Translations under genes and position numbers: made by a program | Shown: one piece after another, positions 50,651 to 59,857 of the stretch | Layout: every line of letters begins with the position of its first letter | How positions within the stretch are numbered: position 1 is the first letter of the stretch | The notes under the pieces: generated by a model | The model's input: only the letters and a program-made list of their open reading frames with translations | What the model was told of the DNA's origin: nothing | The model's database searches: none | NCBI RefSeq assembly: GCF_001194135.2 | Contig: NC_068982.1 | Coordinates: 116,467,875-116,527,731, forward strand | DNA length: 59,857 bases | Direction of reading: 5' to 3' | Source: Octopus bimaculoides | Lineage: Eukaryota

Positions 50651-50762
50651 AAAGGATGAAAGTTAAATCAAGATACTTTCCTTCATAACCTTGCTACCGA
50701 GTCGGTGGCCGGTCAAATTTACTCTAAATTAAAAAGAGGAAGAGAATACATAAATATATGTA

Positions 50763-50814
<52 letters not shown>

Positions 50815-50859
50815 GTGTATATGCGTGTGTGTATATATGTGTGTGTAGACATACGTACA

Positions 50860-50935
50860 TACATTCGTACATACATTCGTATATACATTCGTACATACAT
50901 TCGTACATACATTCGTACATACATACGTACATAAC
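50860..50935. repeat. 12-bp minisatellite (GTACATACATTC)n
   Basis: About five directly visible copies. Confidence 0.85.
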
Positions 50936-51224
50936 ACACACACACTCACGCACGCAAGCACACACACACACATACGCATAGATATAACATAAACACTCCC
51001 ATACATACTGATAAATTCCTTTGATATTCCCGCACACACACGTGCACGCACATGTATGCACACACACGCACGCAAGCACAAATAGATGCACACGTGCTGC
51101 ACGCACACATGCATTGTGCAAAAGTTATCAGAAATCATCATAGCTGTATAAGGCTCTTGTAGCTTCAATCAGTCTTTCGAATACGCAATGTCAGAGAGTT
51201 GGAAAGATACCTACTCTGAGAATT

Positions 51225-52975
51225 TGTAGACTAGTATATCACGATGTTGTTAGTTTACCCGGCTAACTTTGGTTTAGGTTAAGGACAAGTTTTATGAAAT
51301 TATCGAAGCCCTCATAGCAGCTGTGTCTTAGGGTGACAAGCTCGTCGTTCTCGACGACTTAAACGCCAGAATTGGTATAAACTACCAGACATGGGAGGAG
51401 GTCATTGGGAGAAACGGAGTTAGCAAGAGCAACAGCAACGGTTATCTACTGTTGATGACTTGAGCAGCACATGACAAACACGATTTTTCCAGTTCAGGCA
51501 GCGACTACAAGGGAAGCCGGCAAACAAGCGACAAAACATCAATAAAGTGGAACGGCTCAGTGTGAAATAGAACTTCAGCAAAGACGTGGACAGCAAGTTG
51601 AACCAACTCACCGTTGATACAAAGAGAGCAGAGGAGGACTGGGTGGTGCTCAGAGACTCACTTATCTGGGCCAGAACATGCGTAGATACCAAGACTGTTT
51701 CGACGACTTAGATGAGAAAATATCAGAAGCTGCTCGATGAGAAACGTAATACCTACAAAGTATCTCAACAAAGCAGTATATCAGCTTCCAAGAAAGCAGC
51801 CTACAACGCCACCAAAATCAAGGTGCAAGTAAGGCTGAGAGAGATGAAGGAATGCTGGCTCAGCAACAAGGCGAATGAGATACAGAGTTACGCTGACAGT
51901 AACGACTCCAAATGTTTCTACGATGCCCTGAAAGCAATCTATGGGACATAGTCCTCCGGAGCATCACGATTGCTCAGTGCTGACGGGATCGCTCACATCA
52001 CTGGCAAATACGCAATCCCGGAAAGGTGGGAAGAGCACTTCAGCAACGTCCTGGACAGGGCTTCCTCTATCAAGGCTGAGGTCATTGCTCAAATGCTCCA
52101 AGTTGACATCAACACTCCTCTAGCAGAGCCCCCAACAGCAGCAGAAGTCCAGAAAGCACTTGAGATCCCTCTCAAATCGTAAGGCACCTGGCTCTGATGC
52201 AATCTAAGCTGAAATATACACGACAAGGGGACCGGTTTTGACGCAGAAGCTCACCAGTCTCTTTCAGACCATGTAAGCAACAAGAAGTTGTTCATCAGGA
52301 GCTTAAGGATGCTTCTATTGTCCATCTCTAAAGAGAAAGGGAAACAGGCAGTCTTGTGACAACCACCGAGGAATATCTCCCCTTGTCATCACTGGTAAGA
52401 TGCTCGCAAAAATCTTTCTTAACCGCCTGACTCAACGCATGGGAGACGGGCATCTGCCAGAAAATCAGTGTAATTTCAGAGAAGGCTATGGGACAGTCGG
52501 CATAATCTTTGCCGCACACCAACTTCAGAGAAATGTCTGGAATAGAACAGGGACCTAACACGACGCTTGTAGATTTAACCAAGGCTTCTGACAACATCAG
52601 TCATGAGGGGCTTTGGAAGTTCATGGGAAAATTCGGCTGCTCGTACAAATTCAATAGCTTGATACAACAGTTTCACGACGACATGTACGAGACAGTAGAA
52701 AGTCTTCCGATGCATTGTCAGTCATTTACGGAGTAAAGCAGCGCTGTGCACTTGCACCTACGTTGTTCAGCATGTTTTCATTCATGCTAGCGGATGCTTG
52801 ACACGCAACTTCCAAGCGACTGCGAACTGGCAGAAGGTAAGCGCACGAAATGGTGAACAGAGAAAGCGCTTCAATGATACACTCAAAGCATCACGGTAAA
52901 GCTTTGAGATCAATTCAGACACGTGAGAAAGGCAAAAACAAGACCTCCTCTTCTTCTCTCACGTGATGTCCTTGG
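51225..52975 (+). mobile_element. RTE (BovB-like) LINE, APE and RT fragments with internal deletions
   Basis: LVVLDDLNARIG..WEEVIGRNGVSKSNSNG, FYDALKAIYG, ERWEEHFSNVL, DNHRGISPL and FVDLTKA-like motifs. Confidence 0.85.
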
Positions 52976-53210
52976 TCATCGACAACAACGACTGATGAGC
53001 CCGTTTAATTTATCAGGCTGTTCACGCGTCTCAATTTTTTTTTCATAATCTGGCACAATAATAAAAACGAAGTTATAAAGCCTAACATTTTGAAAGGAAG
53101 GGGAAAGTCGATTGTATCGATTCTAGCACTTGACAACTACTTTACTTCATCGATCCCAGAAAGATGAAAGGGAAAGCTCGCCTTAGCGGGATTTGAACTC
53201 TTACTTTAGG

Positions 53211-53743
53211 CAGCTGGTGTTAAAACACCAATAGTCATGCCAAAGTACCTTCTGTGGACCGATGAATGCAGTTCAAGCTACTTAGCTATTATCAGTACCG
53301 GGTGCTGAGAAAAATAACACTGAAATGATTTTGAGAGTCATAGCTTCCTTATGGAAAATCAATAGGAACTATCTACCATTAGGGTAACCTGACATGGCTG
53401 CTAGAGTTTTAACAACTGTTGTCAGAAGCGATAATTTTTTCTTGGCAAACTGCAGTAAAAAAATGACCTTTTTACAGGTCAAATATATCTTAATTTGAAG
53501 TGATGTAAAACTTTGTTTGATTTACAACACTGCTTTCGCGTGGTTATTAATTATTTTGTTCTAGCCTGGTGGTATCGCACTTAGTCACAAAATATTTTCT
53601 GTTGATTTCCTATAAGGAAGCTATGACTTCCAAAATCATTTCAGCTCTGCTAGAGGAGTGTTGATGCCAAGTAGCTTTAAATGAATTCATCGTTCCAAGG
53701 AGGATACCTTGAGAGATAAATGTTGGTGTTTTAACACCCGTTG
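53211..53743. mobile_element. Foldback/MITE-like element with about 150-bp imperfect terminal inverted repeats
   Basis: GGTGTTAAAACACCA..AAGCTACT..AAATGATTTTG..AGTCATAGCTTCCTTAT is mirrored at 53600-53743. Confidence 0.75.
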
Positions 53744-54058
53744 TTTAAAGTGAGAATTTTCTCCTCGGCAAACCGCATGAAAATGGCAATTTTACAATTC
53801 AGCTATGTCCCAAACATATCTGAACTGATCTAAAAGTTTGCTTATACATACATACATACATACATACACACGCACGCACACGCCCGCGCACACACACACA
53901 TATACATAAGCCACACTGACATACGGTGGTATGTTTACTGAAATCGTACTGAATCGTTCCATGAGGAACCCAAACAAAGCTGCAGCTATTTTGCATTTGT
54001 CGCAGTTTTGCTGCAGAATATTTTAGTCTCAAAGTAGGGTTCTTTGAAGAGTATACTA

Positions 54059-54074
54059 TAATAATAATGATAAC

Positions 54075-54118
<44 letters not shown>

Positions 54119-54127
54119 TTATTATTG

Positions 54128-54197
<70 letters not shown>
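54059..54197. repeat. (AAT)n directly abutting (ATT)n, forming an inverted microsatellite
   Basis: Directly visible; the switch point is at about 54117. Confidence 0.95.
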
Positions 54198-54199
<2 letters not shown>

Positions 54200-54483
54200 G
54201 TTTGGCTTTTGCTTTGAATTTGTGCAAGTTGACTCCAAGTCTCATCCAGAGACCACAAGAGATAAGTTAGAAGTTCAAGTTGTTGTTATGATTAAGGTGT
54301 CATATTTTTGGTTCTGCACAGAGTATTATTCTAGAGAATGTTTGTCAAAACATAAGAAAATTAGTAATTTGTTTTAAAAGTAATTTGATTACAAGATGAT
54401 AGTGTGATGTTAAGATGACAGTAAAAGGTGTTTGCTATTATCTACCTTTAAAAGTACTTTTGCCAATGTTTACTGATTCAAAT

Positions 54484-54809
54484 TTATTATTATTATTATT
54501 CAGTAGTTTTATTTTTATAACGTGCTTTCACTTCACTACCGAGCACAGCTCTGTGCGCCTTGGGTATGTGCTGTGGTTTGCTGTGGTGCTCTTATGTTTA
54601 CTGTATTGAAAGTGTTTTGCGTAGAATGTGTGCAGTACCCAGTAGTGCAATTTTCTGTATGTTATATATATTTGTAAGTCCTGGTGTTTTTGTTATGTAT
54701 TTGTCTGAATATTTTTTTATTATACCTAAGGCACCTACTATGATAGGAATTGTTTCTGTTTTTAGATTCCACATTCGAGTTATCTCTATTTCCAGGTCTT
54801 TGTATTTTG

Positions 54810-54810
<1 letters not shown>
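54484..54810 (-). mobile_element. 3-prime end of an R4/Dong-like LINE embedded in (TAA)n
   Basis: KYKDLEIEITRMWNLKTETIPIIVGALG...QKIALLGTAHILRKTL*, then a short 3-prime UTR and a (TAA)n tail; (TTA)n also lies at the 5-prime break. Confidence 0.85.
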
Positions 54811-54885
<75 letters not shown>

Positions 54886-54889
54886 GTAG

Positions 54890-55095
54890 AAGGCGGCGAG
54901 CTGGCTGAATCATTAGCATTCCAGACAAAATGGTTAGTGGCATTTCTCCTGTCTTCAAGTTCTGAGTTCAAATTCCGACCATATCGAGTTTGCTTTTCAT
55001 CTTTCGGCATCCATAAAATAAGTACCAATCAAGTACTGGGATCTATGTAATGGTCTAATCCTTCCCCTACAATTTCAGGCCTTGCCTCTAATAGA
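54890..55095 (+). mobile_element. tRNA-derived SINE (degenerate)
   Basis: GGCGGCGAGCTGGCTGAA..GAGTTCAAATTCC B-box head; similar fragments at about 31320-31530 and 53100-53200. Confidence 0.6.
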
Positions 55096-56014
55096 AATAA
55101 TTATCATAAATGTCTGAAAGAAACATACTAGATAATGAGTGGTTTTTATTATTTATATCGTTCATTAACTGAATAGTTTCGAATATTTTATCTCGCAATG
55201 GAGCCTCAATGCAGTCGCTTGATTTGCTAGAAATTATAACCATGCCTTCCTAAACTGAGCAGCATTGAACCACAACAAAAATATTCAAAACGTTCTGATA
55301 AATTACATGCTTCAGTATTAAACATCAAGAACAACACATACAAGAACAAATTATAACACAACAATACATAACGAAGAACAACGCAAATAAAATCAGCTGC
55401 AAAAAAAAAAAAAAAAAATTCGAGAACTCAAAATGAGATTCCACGCGTGTGGTTTTTAAAGATCGAATGTGTTAAAGAGATGAATAGTTTAACGAGTACA
55501 AATAGTGACAAGACGTAAGAATTACAAGGAATGATAGCTATTGTTTGATTTGACAGAAGAAAGGATGACAACCACGTTAAGCTTTAAAAAAAGTGCTTAA
55601 AAACTACACGAATCATAGTTTTATGAAAATATATTCAAATTAAGACTACTGTTTATTTTAGACTGAACTGGAAGGCTGACGTAGAGTGTGTATAGACGCA
55701 TGCGCGCTTGTGAATACGTGGAGTAAATGAAAAACTACGAATATACCAGTGCATAAATTTTTAGTTTAATATTACATAAGCCTTACAACAAATGCTGAAC
55801 CTATAAAATATGTTTTTTGACAATCACCATCTCTTACTCCAACCCACTTTTCTCTCTCCTTATCTTTCTCTGTCTCTGACGATTTCAGGATTTTAGTTGC
55901 ATTTAGATTACTAACCCAAAATAGAAAGCTTATAGTCCCAATGTAGTTTGAACTTTTAATCTATTCTTCTGTTATTAAATACATGTCTTTGTTTCTGCTA
56001 TCATCTTATATACA

Positions 56015-56050
<36 letters not shown>

Positions 56051-56064
56051 TGTATATATACATG

Positions 56065-56110
<46 letters not shown>

Positions 56111-56500
56111 GTTCACTTTTAATATAATGACTATTCGGTAACTACATCATTGATTCCATTCTTGTTTACCAATATTATTCTAAGAATGAATTTCTTTCCA
56201 TTGTTATGTTCATTGCTGCATTTAATTGAAACCTCGGTAAGTTATTTTTTCTCATTTAAGCCACCGATCTCTGTTTGTAGAATTTCTGACTTTTCCTGAA
56301 TAAGGATGTTGGGAATACAAAGCTCAGATTCCCCTTCACATTCTTTCTACAACAAAGAAAAAAAAATAGTAAGAAAAAGACAACAACAAGATTCAAAAAG
56401 TTAAGAAACAGATTTAAATGTTGAAATGAAATGTGGAAATAGTTGTACCCATGTAATAAATTAATTATGCGGCAATATTATATATCGTGAAGTTATAATT

Positions 56501-56835
56501 CAGTGGTTCTCAACCGGGGTCTATATGGTCCCCGAGAGTCCATATAAGATTTTTGGGGGTTCACAAAGCAAAGTAGTAAATTGTAGTATTTTAAGGGCTC
56601 CTGAAAAAAATTGCTTTAGATGTATGTATTAATATGTATTGCAAGAAACACTTCTTTCTCAAACATTTTACATAGTTCAACCTACACGATTAAATATGTG
56701 AAAAACAAAATAGGAATTTTGAAAGAAGTTTCTAAAAAGCTAGTTTTTAAACATCAAATGACTATGGGGAGGGACGGGTCCACCAGAATAAAAAAGCAAA
56801 TAAATAATAATAAAAAAAATGGTCGAGAACTCCTG
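56501..56835. mobile_element. hAT MITE with 8-bp target-site duplication
   Basis: TIRs CAGTGGTTCTCAACC and GGTCGAGAACTCCTG; flanks TTATAATT and TTATAAAT. Confidence 0.8.
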
Positions 56836-57593
56836 TTATAAATGATCGCTAGAGATTCTGAAGCCGAACATTTGTAGGTTTTAATAATGCACTACTTTGT
56901 GTCAGGAGAGTGTACAATGCAGTTTAATTGACATCCTAAGATATATTTTTCTGTAGATTAGTATGGAAGAAGGAGTTGTGTCTCTGACCTTTATAGCCCC
57001 AACCAACTGACAACTGCAAGATCGACGTACTTAACGCTTCTTGTGAAAAGCTGCGTCTGGACGACTGTAGATAAAAATGGACAGGAGGAAATAGGAATTT
57101 TATTCGAGCTGTTGAAGAAGATTAAATATACATGGCTACTCCACTTAAGGTTAGTTTTCAAGGTCTATCGTCATGAAAGTAGTTTGCAAGTCTCTCATGA
57201 GTTGTCTAAGTTTTGTGTTGATTTATGGATGTTTGGATGACTTTATTCTACAAGAATGAAGAATGACACTTTTTCTTTTAGCTGTTGATTTTGTTAAGTT
57301 CCAGGTCAGCTTTCAGGGAGCAAATCCATGGTCAAAGTAATTCCAGTCTTGACCCTTCCGATTTTTGTATATCTTTAATTACATTGTTAAATATGTGCTT
57401 CCTTTTCCTAAGGTGGTAGGGTGCCATTTGAGGGTATTTGGTTAATCCTTCTAGCAGGGTAGCAACCACTTAGAAAGCTCACTGATTGGTTCGCTATCCG
57501 AGTTGACTGTGAGGTGAAAATTGCAATAAACTGTAAGTGCCAGATTAATCAGAGTTGCAAGAGCATGGGCTAGAGAGAGGGAGAGAGATTGAG

Positions 57594-57673
<80 letters not shown>
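57594..57673. repeat. (GA)n microsatellite
   Basis: Directly visible tandem repeat. Confidence 0.97.
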
Positions 57674-57676
<3 letters not shown>

Positions 57677-58874
57677 AGCGGCCTTATCAACAGGGATCTC
57701 AGACGACATGGTATCAAGGTATGATAAAATATATGTAAATTTGCATTGTTGACATTCAAATAAAGTATTACACACTTATGGTATGCAAATTTGTCGCTCC
57801 AGTCCTCTGTATCTCTACTGAATTTGTTGAGTATATAAATAGTTTGGCTGCTTATTTCTCTAGGATTGGTTAAACGATGTAACACCGCTGATGAGAACCA
57901 AATATGACTGGGAAACAGATGAAGGCTGGTCATTATTTTTTCAATTTACAGAGAAATGATTTGTGCCACATTTGTATGTCTACTACGTGGGTTTACATAC
58001 ACGAACTTCAATTTTGGCATCAATAATGTCATACGAAAAATAAAAGTTGAAGTCATTGACATCAGAGATACGAGACATGCAAATGAGTCTGCAATATTAC
58101 ACTTTAAAATACATAAATGTGTGTATACAGAAAGCATGAAACATGCCAATGAATCTGCAGTGCATATTCCACTTAAAAGCGAACATACCTCTTTGAATTT
58201 ACTTTCCAGCTATATGTTCTTTTGATCAAAGTTAAGCTGGATAATAAGATAATACAGTGCACTTATAGAGAGTTCGAAATTAAAATTACTGGTTGCGAAA
58301 TATCGTGTAACGCTGCGGTCGTTTCACAAGGCATTGTTGCATAATTACTGAACTAATAGCTTCTAGAAAATCACTGTTAGAGTTGTCACTCTGATTTGCT
58401 ACTGCTACTGCAATGGGTGTCATAGCTGTTGAACGTGACAGTGGGTAAAATACTTTTATTTCGTTATCTGTATTACAGTTGTAACTGTTGCTAGATCTGC
58501 CCATGGACGCAGATTGATGTAGAAATGACCGACATATAGCCACTTCTATTGTTAATGTATATAGGCTACCGCTAAAAAATAATCGTGCCAGCTGATTGAT
58601 TGAGAAGAATAAATTTAGCCGCAAATGTTGGCGCAGGTTCACATCGTTAGTACACCACGGATAAAATCTTCTTTCTATTACGAAAGAGTTGTTCTCTCTC
58701 CCTCTTTCTCTCTCTCCCTCTCTCCCGCTCTCCATACACACGTGTGTGCACACAATGTAGGTGCTTATACGAGGCAAAAATAGAATGCACTGTGGCACAG
58801 TAAAATTAAATGTACATTTATATATCTCACTTTGTTTCCCTCTCTCTTTGTAATATACAAACACACAAATATAC

Positions 58875-58938
<64 letters not shown>

Positions 58939-59857
58939 TTTATATAGTCTTTTAATTGTAATGCCACATATCTTCAAGTTTCATACTGAGTTTAAAACTA
59001 AGCAGTCTTCACACATATACTCATATACTCGTGTAGTACACATATACTCATGCACGGGAGTATATGTGTATCGCTTCTATTATACTTTATTCCTGGTTCT
59101 GCTACCTATTACAGTTAAGTATATTTTTTGCTTGTTATACGGTTTCAGTCCAAAGGAATGAACTGTGTTCATGATCTTCGCAGGCTTTTCCAAACCGGTA
59201 AGATTGATGCAGCTGATGTTAACCGTTATGATTTAAGTTCCTCTATCAAAGGCACAGAATAGCGACAAGGGAAAGACACGAATCTTTTATTCATTTGGTT
59301 TATAGGCGGGCACCATTATCGATTCAGTTTGTAACCGATCTCAATAGTAAAACCATTTGCATACAAAATATTTTGCTTATCAAGAACATAAGTAGTTAAG
59401 GATTTTCGAAGGAAAGGTCTTTGCAGGGGAAAAAAAAGTAAAAACAAACGTATAATAGTGAGAAGGATAATGTCTTTATTTAATCCAAACAACGTATTAT
59501 AATCAATAAGAAAGACGAAGCTGTTTTTCTTGTAACACTGTTCATTGAAGAAGATGCCGTTAACCCCCGCTCCGACTAACAGCGTCAACGATGACGACGG
59601 CACTCAGGAATAAAGAATGAAAAAGGGAAAGAAAACCCCCCCCAAAAAACACAAACACAGAAAAAAGAAAAACACCACAGAAAAAAAAGAAAAAACTAAA
59701 TAAACAGATAAACGTGAAGAATGAATACAACGCGAAAATACAGTGCCAATAGTTAAACACATAATTGATCTGTTTCTGGTTTTACTTGTGATAAATTGCT
59801 ATTTCTGATCGTGTTTATACAAAACATTACAGGTCTTCGAGAATGTTTACTCAAAAC

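Noticed and set aside
56184-56370. Candidate exons on either strand (GTAAGT donor at about 56238; minus-strand acceptor at about 56349)
   Set aside because: Conflicting orientations and no homology; cannot be resolved without RNA data.
57885-57920. CTGATGAG...GAAAC hammerhead-like motif
   Set aside because: Lacks the G10.1-C11.1 pair and a convincing stem I or III.
58286-58936. 216-aa minus-strand ORF
   Set aside because: Starts within (GA)n/(CA)n repeats and has no recognisable domain; likely a chance open frame.

Overview
AT-rich, microsatellite-dense, intron-containing animal DNA. The SINE and LINE families look cephalopod (octopus-like); this is an inference, not a database match. There are five N-gaps (4783-4961, 5959-6822, 34139-34622, 36586-36662, 48215-48410). 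Two spliced genes can be fully rebuilt from GT-AG junctions, and they lie tail-to-tail: MRPS26 on + (4 coding exons, 6902-14997, 214 aa) and SEPSECS on - (10 coding exons, 30861-16832, 510 aa). The rest is mostly transposon debris: Tx1, RTE and R4/Dong-like LINE fragments, tRNA-derived SINEs, a 5S rRNA-derived element, Ty3/Gypsy remnants, a full-length decayed mariner, a Merlin transposase relic, hAT and mariner MITEs, and a Penelope-like repeat with a hammerhead-like motif. No coding exon could be confidently identified in 37.5-59.9 kb outside transposons. The best leads are a near-perfect 31-bp hairpin at 44.7 kb, an unusually long tRNA-Phe primer-binding site, a 5S-headed SINE-like element, the Merlin relic, and an unresolved SEPSECS first exon that could be supplied by an LTR. 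I found no convincing evidence of a new multi-gene system.
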